Positions 51,061 to 64,000 of a DNA stretch of 64,000 nt are shown piece by piece. Numbering within the stretch: position 1 is the first letter of the stretch; each line of letters begins with the position of its first letter. This stretch comes from Mobula birostris. Its lineage: Eukaryota. A program made the translations under genes and the position numbers. Location: NCBI RefSeq assembly GCF_030028105.1, contig NC_092380.1, positions 70,553,717 through 70,617,716 of the forward strand, written 5' to 3'. The notes under the pieces were generated by a model. It was not told the origin of the DNA. It made no database searches and saw nothing but the letters and a program-made list of their open reading frames with translations.

Positions 51061-51715
51061 CACCGAGGCTGGTCCAGCATCGAGGTGTGAATGTGGTTCA
51101 GCAATGGCCCCAGCAGAGTTGTTTGGACCCAGGATGGCGGTCAGCTTCGAGGTGAATGCGGGGGAGGTCGGTGGTGGCCAGTAGCTGGATCGGTGGCATT
51201 TTAATGTGGGTTGGCAGTCATTCTTCATGGCAGGACTGAGCTGTGACGACCGCTGTCCTCGTATGCAGACGAAAAGATGTTTCCGATATTCTGAGGTTTA
51301 TGTGATCATTGGAGTGTACTTTATATTGGTTTCCTTCCGTTTTTCAGTGTTTTCTTTCTGGTGGGGGGGGTGGTGTTGGGGATTTTGGTGCTATTGTCAC
51401 TGTTTTCTGTGGGCAAGAAGGTCGGGGATAGTTATTGCCGGTGTTTTTTCTCTGCGGGTGAGGAGGTTGGGGATTTTTTTCTCTCTGCGAGTGGGGATTG
51501 TTACTGGGTTTTTTTTCCCTCTGTGGGGGAGGTTAGACGCTATTGTCACTGTTTTTTTTCAACGGGGAGGTGGAGGTTTCAGGAAAAGATAAACAACAGA
51601 GTTGTATTTCACGTGTGTACTTTGACAATAAAATGAACCTTTGAATTTGGATAAAGTAAGTTTGATAACTTGTGAAATTAATGGCCCTCAGCAGCATATC
51701 TTAGTTAGTAATTCC

Positions 51716-52342
51716 CAGACATCCCACCCTGCAAAAACTCATTTCAGGGAGGTAGCACCATCAATTTGCGGGAGACTTCTGGGAGAAGTGGGATGTCTGC
51801 AACAGAGTAGCTCCTCAGCAGCCAGCCAGCTAGTTTAAATAACGTTAGCTATGCTGATGAATGAATGACACCTGTTAAACTCACCTCAACATGTCTTTTA
51901 CAGTCTTAACCCACCATGGGCAATAGAAAAGTCACTGTTGCAAACAGTGCAGCGAGCATCACTGTCATTACTTTTGACCCCTATTAGGCAGAGGTACACT
52001 TTAGTGTAGTCTGGGGTGACGTACATTTTATATTTTTTTGGAACACTCTACCATGGCGCGCTCTTGCTTGCTTTCTCTCTTGTTTTCTTGCGCTCACTCT
52101 CTCTCTCTCGCTTGCTTTCTCTCTCATGCTCTCTCTCGCGCTCTCGCTTGCTTTCTCGCGCTCTCGCTCTCTCTCTCGCACGCTCTCTCTCTCGTGGTCA
52201 CTCTCGCGCTCTCTTGTGCTTTCTCTCGCTCGCTCTCAAAAAAAATTGATTTCTGTGATATTGTTTATAATTTGCGGGCATCAGGGAGCCACTATTCATA
52301 TGCAGGAGACTCCTGGAACTTCTGGGAGAGGCGGGATGTCTG
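51716..52342. mobile_element. MITE with CAGACATCCCRC TIRs and an internal CT/CG-rich microsatellite
   Basis: cagacatcccac (51716) is inverted to gcgggatgtctg (52331-52342). Flanking direct repeat AATTCC on both sides. Confidence 0.75.
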
Positions 52343-53759
52343 AATTCCTTTCCGCGCCTTGTGGCGCATTGGGCGGCAACCTTGCTATTTCCTTTGCATT
52401 TTTTGTCTCTTTTTTTTGTCCGAGTTGCGAGCTGCACAACTCAGCATGAATGGAAAGTGTATTCTAACCCATGAGCATTTAAGTCGAAGTCTGCTGCTAA
52501 TGCCACTACACCACTGGCCAGCCAAAGGGCAGATCAGGGTGAAGAAATCACCGGGTGAAGACTGACTTTGAATGTGGTATTCCAAGAAGTAAATTCCATC
52601 ACATTTTTGAATTTGGGGGAATGATTCCTGCCCTCTTCAGAATTGTGAACACAAATTCAAGCCCAACCTGACCAAAGGTCTGCATTTCACAATTTTAGTA
52701 AATACTGTATCTCACAATTCTTATTCATGCATAGTGCCTTTCAGAAACAAGTAGAATTTTTGCTATCATTACATGCCAAAGTAATTAATTTGAACTTTAA
52801 AGTCAGAGGATGAAATAGCTTTTGAACTTTTATTACCCAAAAGTAGATGCTCCAATGTGAACTGTAATGATTTCCTTTTAAAGTTTTAAATTAACTGCCA
52901 CAGGAAATCTGCAAGTTCTGCCTGTTCTAGCTGGAAAGCAGCTCTGCAGTGCAGAGCTAAGAAGGATTTCAATCACCCTTATAAATTCTAATTCATAATT
53001 CCGGGGACAATAATAGAAGGGAGTTGTTGGGAGTTTTCTAGCCAATGCAACGATCACAAGAGGTGTGTGAAGTGACCCGAATGTGGGCAAGAAGGAATTG
53101 CAGGGAAAGACAAGATACAGTTGAGGTAAAGGGAATAAACTGGAGAGGGAGGGGAACAAGAGCAGGGAGAAATAATGAGTCAACTGTCAATAAATCATCA
53201 ACTGTCAAATAATAAATAGTCAGAGTTCAGCTTTTGGTAATAAAATATGGCAAACTGTGCAAGAGTATAGGATGATCAAAAATACAATACTTAGAATCAT
53301 ATTTGAAAAGAACAGGGAGCAATCAAGTAAACAAAGAGTTAAGAGGAAGGCATTCATTTCAGTTAAGCTTTAAATTGGGAGGCATTGCAAAGTAACACTG
53401 CAAGGCGGGAAAAATAATAAAACTGAGAGCAAAAAGGAGAAGTGGGTAGTGATAACAAAAAAGGGAACCCATATCATATATAAACATTAAAGTAAAGCTT
53501 AAAGGATGTTTGAGGCTGTTACGGTTTGTAAATTCAAAGGAAGACATGGAAGTTCAGGAATGCGGATGTAACTTCAAGTTTACTTTAAGCGAGGTGATGA
53601 CATATGCAATTCATGCATTGTTACATATTACACGTAATGAATTATTTAAATGAACAAAAATGCTTAATCATCCAATATATATACAAGATTACTCAAATAT
53701 TATTGAAATATTAAATACACAACACTTCTGTCTGCTTAGCTATGAACTCCAACTCAATA

Positions 53760-55975
53760 TAGAATTCATCTCAACTATAGAAGCAAAAGTCAGATGATGT
53801 AGCAATATTACAGTAGAGTAAAGGGAATTACAGAGGCATGAGAAGAGTTGGCCAGAATTGATAGAAAAAGAACACTGGCAGGGATGACGGCAGAGTAGCA
53901 ATGGTTGGAATTTCTGGAAGCAATGTAGAAGGCACAGGATATATACATTCCAAAGAGGAAAAAGTATTCTAAAGGAAAGATGCCACAATCGTGGCTAACA
54001 AGAGAAGTCAAAGCCAGCAGAAAAGCCAAAGAGAGGACATATAATCAGCAAAAATTACTAACAGAAGGCAACTGAAAATGTCAATAAGAAGGTAAAGATG
54101 GAATATGAAAGTAAGCTAGCCAATAGTAAGAAAGAGGATACCAAAAGTTTCTACAGATACATAAAGGGTAAAAGATAGGCAAAAATGAATATTGGACACC
54201 AGGAAAATTATGCTGGAGAGGTAGTAATGGGGGACAAGGAAAGTGCAGATGAATTGAATGAGTATTTTGCATCAGTCTTCACTGTGGAAGACACTAGCAG
54301 TATGGTCGAAATTCTAGGCATCAGGGGTCATGAAGTATGTGAAGTTACCATTACTAGAGAGATAATTATTGGGAAACTGAAAGGTCTGAAGGTAGATAAG
54401 TCACCTGGACCAGATGGTGTACATTCCAAGGTTCTGAAAGAGGTGTCTGAAATGATTGTGGAGACATTAGTAATGATCTTTCAAGAATCACTAGATTCTA
54501 GAATGGTACTGAAAGACAGGAAAATTGCAAATGTCACTCCACTCTTCAAGAAGGGAGAGAGGTAGAATTAAGGAAACTATAGGCCAGTTAGTCCGACCTC
54601 AGAGAATGGGAAGATGTTGGAGTCGATTATCAAGGATAAAGTCTCAGGGAACTTGGAGGCACATGATAAAATAGGCCGTAGTCAGCATGGTCTCCTCAAG
54701 GGAAAATCTTGCATGAGAAACCTGTTGGAATTTTTTGAAGAAACAACAAGCAGGACAAGCAGGATAGACAAAGGAGAATTGGTTGATGTTGTATTCTTGG
54801 ATTTTCAGAAGGATTTTGACAAGGTGCCACACATGAGGCTGCTTAACAAGTTACAAGCCCATGGTATTACAGGAAAGATTCTGGCACGGATAAAGCAGGA
54901 AGCAAATAGTGGGAATAAAGGGAGCCTTTTTTTGTTGGTTGCCAGTGACGAGTGGTGTTCCACAGGAGTCTGGGTTCGGAACAATTCTTCTTACATCATA
55001 TGTCAATGATTTGGATGATGGAATTGATGGCTTTGTGACAAAGTTTGCAGATGGCATGAAAATAGGTGGAGGGGCCAGTAGCTTTGAGGAAGTAGAGAGG
55101 CTACAGAAAGACTTAGATAGATTATGAGAATGGGCAAAGAAATGGCAGAAGGAATACAGTGTCAGAAAGTGTATGGACATGCACTTTGTTAGAGGAATTG
55201 AAAGGGTTGACTATTTTCTAAATGGAGAGAAAATAACAAAAAAAAAATGGAGGCGCAAAGGAACTTGGGAGTACTTGTGTAGGATTCCCTAAAGGTGAAT
55301 TTGCAGGTTGAGTCTGTGGTAAGGAAGGCAAATGCAATGTTAGTATTCATTTCAAGAGGACTAGAACATAAAAGCAAGGATGTAATGTTGAGACTTTATG
55401 AAGCACTGGTGAGGCCTGACTTGGAGTACTGTGAGCAGTTTTGGGCTCCTTATCTTAGAAAGGATATGCTGGAACTGGAGAGGGTTTAAAGGAGGTTCAT
55501 GAAAATGATTCCAGGATTGAATGGCTTGCCATACGAAGAGTGTTTGGTCTGGGCCTGTGTTCACTAGAATTCAGAAGAATGAGGGGTGGGCTTATTGAAA
55601 CCTATTGAATGGTGAAAGGCCTTGATAGGCTGGATGTGGAGAGGGTGTTTCCAATGCAGGTAGAATCTAAGACCAGAGGACATAGTCTCAGAATTTAGGG
55701 GTGTCCTTTTAGAACAGAGATGAAGAGAGATTTCTTTAGCTGGAGAGTGGTGAATCTGAGGAATTCTTTGCCATAGGCAGCTGTGAAGGCCAAGTCCTTA
55801 TGTATATTTAAGGCAGGGGTTGATAGATTCTTGATTGGTCAGGTCATGGAAAGATACAGGGAGAAGGCAGGAGATTAGGGCTGAGAAAAAAAAAATTGGA
55901 TCAACCGTAATGAAATGGTGGAGAAGGCTCGATGGGCCAAGTAGCCTAATTCTGCGCCTACATCTTATGGTCTGT
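53760..55975 (+). mobile_element. CR1 LINE ORF2 (nested)
   Basis: DKSPGPDGVHSKVLKE…NVTPLFKKG; DVVFLDFQKDFDKVPH; SGVPQES…TKFADG. Confidence 0.9.
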
Positions 55976-56534
55976 GTACACAGTACATATATAATGCAAC
56001 TCCTATAAACGGTCATCCATAGCATAGTACATTTTAAGTTGTCCCATTCAGGCCTAAAGATTTAATCGTTGTGGAGGATTTCTTACTCTTGTGGGATAAC
56101 GTCTTTACTGACAAGGGTGATCACTCTGCTTGGTAGGTGAGTTTTATGTCTGTGGAACAATCTCAGGTTCTGGGGCCTCCTCATGGTGATTGTAGGAGGT
56201 GACTCTGAGACAGCAGGAAGTGGTTCTGTTAGCTGTAGCCAACTTTCTTCTCTATTAATTGACTCTGCTCTCCTCAATGGATCGATGTATCACTTCCAGA
56301 TGATTCTCCACGGTGCAGGAGTGTGGTCCAGTTCTGTCCCTAATCTTTCTGAGTACCCAATTTTGATCACCTCTGTAGTCCCCCTCCAGGACTGCTTTTC
56401 CAGGAGTGAAACTTCGATCCTCTTTGTTTGAGGAGTTTCAATTCATCTCAGCTGTTTGTCCTGCATCCACCTTCGAAGATTGGGTTTGAGGAGATCCAAG
56501 CATGATTGCAAGGGATGAACCTGGAGCAACAGAG

Positions 56535-57859
56535 TGTCACAGTGGTGGGGGCATAGGGAGCAAGGGTGGACCCAAATGCAAGACACATCTTGTGAGGTTA
56601 CTTAGACTTAGTTTATTGTTTGATACCAGGAGAGCTAGGCAGGAGCAGGAGTAGCGAACTGGACAAGGACTCAGGACTACTACTAGGCTGGGACTAGGGG
56701 TCCGGGCTAGGACTCGGAATTGGATCCCAGAGCTAGAGGAGACATGAAGAAGCTAGGGTATGGACTCCGAGCCCAAGACTGGGCAAGGACCCAGTACGTG
56801 GGTCTTGCATCGGGCTCGGACCCCAGAACCAGGCATGGACATGACATGGGCTAGGGAGAGGAGGGACATGGGAACACAGAGCCTCGGTCTCGGGGAGCAG
56901 GTACATTGAACCACGGACACATACACAGAACACAGAGTGGGGACCCCTCCTTGGGTACAGGACATAGGGCTGGGACTCGCACACGGAACAGAGAGCCGGG
57001 ACCCCTCCTTGGGTACAGGACATAGGGCCGGGACTCATGACCCTCCACGGGGCAACGGCAAGACTGCCTGACTTACTCCACGGAGGCGAGGACAAGGCAC
57101 GACAAGACATGACTCCCCGCGAGGCAACAGCAAGACGGCCAGACTTACGTCATGGAGGCAAGGGCAAGACAAGACAAGACCAACACGAATGAACACCAGA
57201 CAGTACCTGTCTAGCTCTGGTGATGGAGCTAGACCGAAGTGCAGGCGGGGGCTGCAGACGAGGGCTAGAGGTGAGAGGGGCAGAGAAGGGATTCAGACAA
57301 GGGGGTAGGACAGGAATCACAGACCGCCAGGGCCAGTACTTGACTCAGAACTGGGTAGCCACCAGGGCCAGGACTTGACTTGGTGCTTGAATGCCGCCAG
57401 GACCAGGACTTGACTTGGTGCTAGAATGCCGCCAGAGCCAGTACTTGACTTGGAGCCTCCGGGTAGTGGTGAGCTCTCGACTCGGCCCGGGAACAGTAGA
57501 CAGCAGTCCTTGATTCCCTCTGGCGGATTAACTGACAGACCCACCTCGGTGAGGAAACTTTGCAGGCTCGCTTTAGCGGGGTAACTTGACACGGTTGCTC
57601 CAGTGAGGAAAGGCGAATTACCGGCACTCGCTTCGGGCGGAGACTAGGCTTGCTCCGGCCAGATGACATTGGCACGCCGTACCTTGGTGACTTTGCAGAC
57701 GCTCCCACGCCAAACGGCTGAAAGTCGGAGACTATAAACTACCGGTTCAGCTGAGTGTTAATCACCAAAGTCGAGGGACACGGGAAAACAGGGAATCAAT
57801 GGTCTGGGTCGTAACATAAACAAGGTAAATCTAAAGGGATCCTGATCCGGACCATGACA
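56535..57859. mobile_element. Solo LTR (nested), related to the 40600 solo LTR
   Basis: TGTCAC…TGACA termini; flanks CAGAG/CATAG; shares ggacccaaatgcaagacaca with 40620. Removing it restores the host integrase frame. Confidence 0.85.
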
Positions 57860-58964
57860 CATAGCTGTTCAATTGTTGGTTATGGAGTGTGCTGCATTAC
57901 GATATGCAAGGAGGAAATTGGAGAGCTTCTGGTTCAGTGTTAGTGTAGTGGGTTCTGCTGACGTTACTCAGTGTGTTCTTTAGACTCTGGACAAACCATT
58001 CTATCAAGCCATTTGTAGCTGGGTGATATAGTTCAGATCTAATATGTCTTATTCCATTCATTTTTATGAATGATTGAAACTGTGGTCCATTGTCACTAAC
58101 TAAGTGTTCTGGACACCAGTCCTTGTGAGGAGGCTTCTCAACACATCAACAGTGTGCGAAGCTGTAGTGGAAGCTATTAGAAACACTCCTGGCTTTATTG
58201 TAGTTGTATCCACTGCTACCAAGAAATTTGTGCCCAGGAATGTTAGGCAAATTCCATATGAATCCTCCGCCAAGGCAATACAAGCCATTCGTAGGGATGG
58301 AGAGGTGCTGCTCTTGGCCTATTCTGGACATGTCGGCACTCTGTACAGTGCATGGCAAGCTGCTGATCTATTCCAGGCCACCAGACAAAGCTTTGAGCCA
58401 ATGCTTTCATTTTAACTGCACCTAGGTGACTAACATGCAGCTCTACCAATACTTTAGCTCTCAGCTTGGGCACTACGACAACTCTATCCCCACAAAAGGC
58501 AAACTCTATCAAGGTCAGGTTCATCTCAGCACCGGTAAAAATGGGGAAACTGGAGTTTCTGTTGTACATTCCAGCCATTTCAGCCCCGTTTTTCTGGTTT
58601 CCCTTTGGATCATCTCTGCCATAATACGGAGACTCTCGATTTCCATGAGGGAGAAGACATCAAGGGTAAATAGGACAATCCATGATTAGTCATCCCCTTA
58701 AATTCAATCTTGTAGTTGTGTCCTCCCAGAAATGGAGCCCATCACCACATTCATGCTGCTATTGTTAGTGGGACATCCTTCTGCGGACACCAGTGGATGG
58801 TGATCAGTAATGAAGGGAAACTCTTTTCCAAACAAGTACTGATTGAAATGTTTTACGCTGCAAGCCAGACTCAAGGCCTCTCTGTCAATCTGTATGTAAT
58901 TTTTCTCTGCAGCAGTAAGGGATGTGATGCAAAGGCTATGGGGCATTTACTTCCATCACTCATA

Positions 58965-60125
58965 ACATGTGACAGGGGTAAGTGCCAGGTAGGAGATCCG
59001 TGGGGAGGGCCGTGTGGACCAGGGAGTTGCGGAGGGACCGATCCCTGCGGAAGGTGGAGAGGGGTGGAGAGGGAAAGATGTGCTTAGTGGTGGGGTCCTG
59101 TTGAAGGTGACGGAAGTTGCGGAGGATAATGTGTTGGATCCGGAGGCTAGTGGGGTGGTAGGTGAGGACAAGGGGAACTCTGTCCCTGTTGTACAACAGG
59201 ACCCCACCACTAAGCACATCTTTCCCTCTCCACCCCTCTCCGCCTTCCGCAGGGATCAGTCCCTCCGCGACTCCCTGGTCCACACCTCCCTCCCCACGGA
59301 TCTCCCACCTGGCACTTATCCCTGTAAGCGCAAGTGCTACACCTGTCCCTACACCTCCTCTCTTGCCACCATTCAGGGCCCCAAACAGTACTTCCAAGTG
59401 AGGCAACACTTCACTTGTGAGTCTGTTGGGGTCATCTATTGCATCCGGTGCTCCCGGTGCGGCCTCCTCTACATCGGTGAAACCTGACGCAGATTGGGGG
59501 ACCGCTTCATCGAGCACCTCCGCGCCGTCTGCCAAAACAGACAGGATCTCCCAGTAGCCACCCACTTCAACTCTGCTTCCCACTCCCATTGAGATATGTC
59601 CGTACATGGCCTCCTCTACTGCCATGATGAGGCCAAACTCAGGTTAGAGGAGCAACACCTCATATACCGTCTAGGTAGTCTCCAGCCCCTTGGTATGAAC
59701 ATAGAGTTCTCCAACTTCCGGTAATTCCCTCCCCCTCCCTTCCCCTATCCCTACATCACTCTGCCCCTTCCCCCAACTGCCTACCACCCCCCTCTTGGTT
59801 CTGCCTCCTTCTACTACCCATTGTGTTTTCCCCTATTCTTTCTTCACCTTTCCTGCCTATCACCTCCATGACTCCCCTCCCCCACCCCTTTATCTTTCCC
59901 CTTACTGGTTTTTCACCTGGAACCTACCAGCCTTCTCCTTCCCACCCTCCCCCCACCTTCTTTATAGGGCCTCTGCCCCTTCCCCCTACAGTCCTGACGA
60001 AGGGTTCCGGCCTGAAACGTCGACTGATCGTTTCCACGGATGCTGCCCGACCTGCTGAGTTCCTCCAGCGTGTTGTGACTGTTGCTTTGACCCCAGCATC
60101 TGCAGATTATTTTGTGTTTACTGCC
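58965..60125 (+). mobile_element. Penelope-like element (nested), least decayed copy, with inverted 5' segment
   Basis: GIY-YIG FTCESVGVIYCIRCSRCGLLYIGET. Arms 58972-59103 and 59194-59325 are inverted. Confidence 0.9.
59989..60026 (+). ncRNA. Minimal type I hammerhead ribozyme motif in the Penelope tail
   Basis: CAGTC-CTGACGA-AGGGTTCCGGCCT-GAAAC-GTC-GACTG: stem I CAGUC/GACUG, intact CUGANGA and GAAA cores, palindromic ACGU stem III, GUC triplet. Confidence 0.75.
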
Positions 60126-61040
60126 TCTATCTTATCTATCCCTTTCATAATTTTATATGTTTCCATAAGATCTCCTCTCATTCTTCAGAATTCCAGTGAG
60201 TACAGTCCCAGGCGACCCAATCCCTCCTCATAGTCTAAACCCCTCATCTCTGGGATCAACCAGGTGAACCTCCTCTGAGCCACCTCCAAAGCCAGTATAT
60301 CCTTCCTCAAGTAAGGAGACGAAAACTGCATGCAGTACTCCAGGTGCGGCCTCACCAGTACCTTGTACAGTTGCAGCATAACCTCCCTGTTCTAATTTCA
60401 ATTCAATCCCTCCAGCAATGAAGACCAACATTGATATCAGGAGCACTGCATTCTTGATAGTCTGCTGCATTTGCAAAAGGTTGATTCATAAACAAGCACT
60501 CCCAAGTCACCCTGCACACCATTTAAATAATAATCTGCTCTTTCATTTTTCCTTCCAAAGTGGATGACCTCGCATTTACCAACCTTGTACTCCATCTGCC
60601 AGACCCTCGCCCACTCACTGAACCTATCTAAATCTCTCTGCAGACTCTCTGTACCTTCTGCACAATTTGCCTTTCCACTCAATTTAGTGTCATCAGCAAA
60701 CTTAGATACACTACACTCCGTCCCCTCTTCCAGATCATTAATATATATCGTGAACAGTTGCAGGCCCAACACGGACCCCTGTGGCACACTGCTCACCACT
60801 GATTGCCAACCAGAGTTACACCCATGCATCCCAACTCTCCATTTTCTATTAGTTATCCAGTCCTCTGTCCAGGCTAGTACATCATTCCAACTCTATGCAT
60901 CCTTATCTTATGAATAAGTCCTTTATGTGGCACCTTATCGAACACCTTCTGGAATTCCAAGTAAATAATGTCCATTTGTTCTCCTTTATGCACTGCGCTC
61001 ATTATATCCTTAAAGAACTTGAGTAAGTCTTCTTTAAAAC
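60126..61040 (-). mobile_element. CR1 LINE fragment (nested)
   Basis: SSVPQGSVLGLQLFTIYINDLEEG…SKFADDTKL; LYKVLVRPHLEYC. Confidence 0.85.
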
Positions 61041-64000
61041 ATTGATCAAGCCAAGCACTTCAAGCTCACAAAATAGAGAACAGAATGTCTTCATAAAATG
61101 GCAGCTTCCATCCCCAAGCACGCGGCAGGAACAAAGACAATTAGTCTGTCTGCTTCCACTGTCCTTGATTCATTTGAATTCACTGATTTGTATTATCAAC
61201 ATACTGCTGCTTGAATTTTCTCATGATACTCGTGTAATCCTAGTGCGGCAATCATTTGACCACAATAAGTGATGCTTGATTTGAAGAATTCACCTTTGTC
61301 ACATCATGCTCTGATGCCATAATCTTCTAATCTTTTTAACGCTGTCTGCAGGATTTCCTTGTCATCCTTACAATGACATCATGCAGGTAACACTGAGTGC
61401 CTGGACAGGCTTGCAGCACCTAGTCCATAGCTTTTTGCCAGAGTGCAGGTGTAGATGCTGCTCAGAAAATAAGCCTATTATAGTGATAAAGCCCTTTGTG
61501 AGTGTTTCTGGTGTGAAACATTTTGTACTCTTCTTTCATCTCCATCTGCAAGTAGGCTTCAGCGATATCCACTTTGCTGAACTGTTTTCCTCCAGAAAGA
61601 TTCGCAAAGATGCCCTCTATCCTGGGCAGAGAGTATTGATCTACTTTCAGTACCTGGTTGATGGTAACTTCAAAAAGACAACAGATTCTGACAGATCCAT
61701 TCTTCTTGGCTACTAGGACCACTGTTGCTGTCATTGGTTCCACTCAAACTTGGAAAGAATTCCTTCAGCCTCCATGTGATCTGGCTCTCTGGCTACTTTA
61801 TCACAGATGGTGTAAGGAACCGGATGGACTTTGTAAAACTTAGGTGCGGCATTTTCATTTAACACTATTAACCCTTGATGCCTTTGCATTTTCCAATGCC
61901 ATCCTTGAACACTCCAGTACTTTTCTTAATTTGCTTTCATATGGTTTCATTGCAGAGGATGTGGCATGCAAGTTGTGGGTGGATCTCCAATCAAGTTGTA
62001 GTTGTCTCAGCTAATTATGCCTCTGCAATGTTGGTCCATCTGTTTTTACCGTCTTATACCAATCACATACAACCTCAATGCTATTACAAATGTAATTCCC
62101 ACAGGAGTTATCTTTTCTCCAGTATAAGTTCTAAGTTGGATATCTGCAGGCTTCAGTTTACTACCTTTGAAATGCCTCTCAAACTCGCTTTGTGGAATGA
62201 CTGAGACAGCCGAACCAGTGTCTACTACCATTTTAATTAATTTGCTGTTCGCTTCTGGCACAGCCATATTGCCTGTCTATTGTTAATTTTTATTCAGTAT
62301 ATCTTAAGGCTATACAGTCTTGTGTCACTCATATCATAATCAGAATTTTCCTCAATGATGTGCAGATTAGTGATCTCTTTGAAACTGCAACTTGACTTTT
62401 TAATCTTTTTTCTTCTCCGCGCAGCCCATTTATTTTTGTTTGCCCAACAAGCTCGTTGTAATGACCTGCTGTGTTGCGTTCTCTGCAAGTTTCACCTTTA
62501 AATCTGTACTTGTTTGATGTATGTGAGCCCCTGCCACAACGGTAAGACAATTTGTTTAGCCAAGCTGGTTTCTGTCTAGATGCTGCAGTTTTGTTCACGC
62601 TCATTTTCATTCGTGACTACAACCCAATTGCATCTGTCTGCAGTTTCCATTCAAACAGCAATTTCAACTGCTCTTTTAAATATAAGTTATGCTTCAGTCA
62701 GGAGCCATTTTTGAAATCTTTCTTTCAAAATTCCACAAACTAAATGATCTCTCAGTGCTTTGTTAAGGCTATTACCAAACTGACGATTATAAGACAAACA
62801 CTTCCGTTCAGCTGCATATACTAAAATAGACTCCCCTTCTTTTTGATTTCACTTATGAAACCTAAAGCTTTCTGTAATGAACAATGGCTTCAGTTCTAAG
62901 TGTCCCTGCATTACTTTGACAATATCAGCAAAGCTAATTTCAGATTAGTTGGAGCAGTTAAACTTTGAAGCAAACTGTATGCCTTTAAACCCAATCCACT
63001 CAACAAATTTAGCACTCATCTCATTGACTAATTCATTTGCTTCAAGATACTGTTCCAATAGCTCAGCACACATCAGCAACTGTGGAATCAAACTTGTCAA
63101 ACTTTGCAATGTAGTCAGCCATTTCTGATTTTTGAAAATGACTTTATCACCTGATACTCACTGTTTACAACCCTGTATTCTTCTGTTTACAGCCTTTATT
63201 TTTATCTCGACATCTCTGCACATGCTGGGCTCTTTTTTCTCCCCCACTGTTTTTTTCTAGTTTTTAATGTCTCGCTGCATTTTAACAGGTTAGCAGCTAT
63301 CTTGGGTTCATTTTAAAAATACCTCATTGCTAATGTTATGTTTTGTAACTTCAGAATATTAAATTAATTGAAAGGAAGACTTGGGAGTCTGAAATGTGAG
63401 TCTAACTATGGGTTTACTTTAGGTGAGGGCTGCACATATCACATGGTAGCATGATGATGTATGCATTTCACATATTTTACATATAACCTGTAACAAATTA
63501 CTCAAGCAAACAAAAAAGGTTAATCAACCGATATATATACATGATTACTCAAATATTATTGAAATTTTAAATACACAACAGAGGGCTACTTGAGAAAGCA
63601 GAAGAAATGAGTGAGGTAGTAATTATGTATTCTCTAGCTGTCTATATGTAACTGTAAAGGAGAACTGGTGCTGATATTGGATAGGAAGTAGCACTGAAAG
63701 TAGTGTTCCCTGTTGAGGTGGTAAATTTAAAGTTGATACCACTCAAAACTGATTTGCTCATTTGGCTACAGAATTTGTGGGGCTGATACCATTAAATTTA
63801 TCTTGAAATCCAGAACATTGCTGACAGAGATGCCATTTCTGTATAAATAAAGGACCGTTAGAACTTTTGCTTGATCCTTGTTTTGATGCAACTTAGAACA
63901 TTCCTAAGAAAAAAAATCCTGGACGTAAATCCTGAACTGCAAAAAGATTGTCAATAGTTTAGGTAGAAGACATTTTGAAGTGAGTGCACATGTTTGAAAA

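Larger units (their letters stand above)
53517..63580 (-). mobile_element. Full-length decayed Gypsy element with four nested insertions
   Basis: LTRs at 53517-53724 and 63334-63580; 5-bp flanks GAGGC/GAGGG; decayed PBS next to 63334. Gag Zn-knuckle (62329-62610), protease DTGS (62046-62267), RT (61462-61743), RNase H (58704-58946), integrase (58100-58578), and C-terminal tail (56040-56530). Confidence 0.9.

Noticed and set aside
51984-52449. Arg/Glu- and Ser/Leu-rich ORFs; also those at 36185-36645
   Set aside because: Translations of CT/GA microsatellites.
52878-53183. 101-aa minus-strand ORF in unique sequence, and a plus-strand acceptor at about 52903
   Set aside because: Pyrimidine-biased composition, no recognisable motif, and the plus-strand exon candidates hit stops in all frames.
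53500-63620. Reconstructed empty site of the Gypsy reads like an exon (CLRLLEKAEEMSE|GT)
   Set aside because: The acceptor is purine-rich and weak, and there are no partner exons.

Overview
Eukaryotic, repeat-dense DNA from a cartilaginous fish, probably a ray. This is inferred from the HE1-like V-SINEs and the CR1/Rex1/RTE/Penelope repeat mix. Most of the window is decayed transposable elements, and almost all entries in the ORF track are TE fragments or noise. One host gene can be fully reconstructed by hand on the minus strand: a B7-H6/NCR3LG1-like immunoglobulin-superfamily gene of about 284 aa. Its exons are leader 18997-19048, IgV 13419-13757, IgC1 8922-9218, TM 8325-8429 and tail 8021-8082, with canonical GT-AG sites and matching phase-1 junctions. 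Around it I found: (i) a consensus ISRE about 70 nt upstream of the ATG; (ii) a possible in-frame alternative hydrophobic terminal exon 171 nt after the V exon, which would give a V-only membrane or GPI isoform; (iii) two diverged duplicates of the last-exon region further downstream, each keeping an in-phase acceptor. Together these suggest a possibly interferon-inducible NK-ligand locus with several membrane, soluble and tail isoforms; this is inference and needs RNA data. Other points of interest: Penelope-borne minimal hammerhead ribozyme motifs (one with an intact core at 59989-60026), a 90-bp-arm hairpin with the ribozyme core in its loop, a nested full-length Gypsy stack at 53517-63580, a weak candidate plus-strand gene at 34.2-37.3 kb, and an unexplained ~1.1-kb tandem duplication with exon-like segments at 41.7-44.0 kb. 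All coordinates, translations and identities were worked out by eye; TE boundaries are approximate unless a TSD or TIR is quoted.
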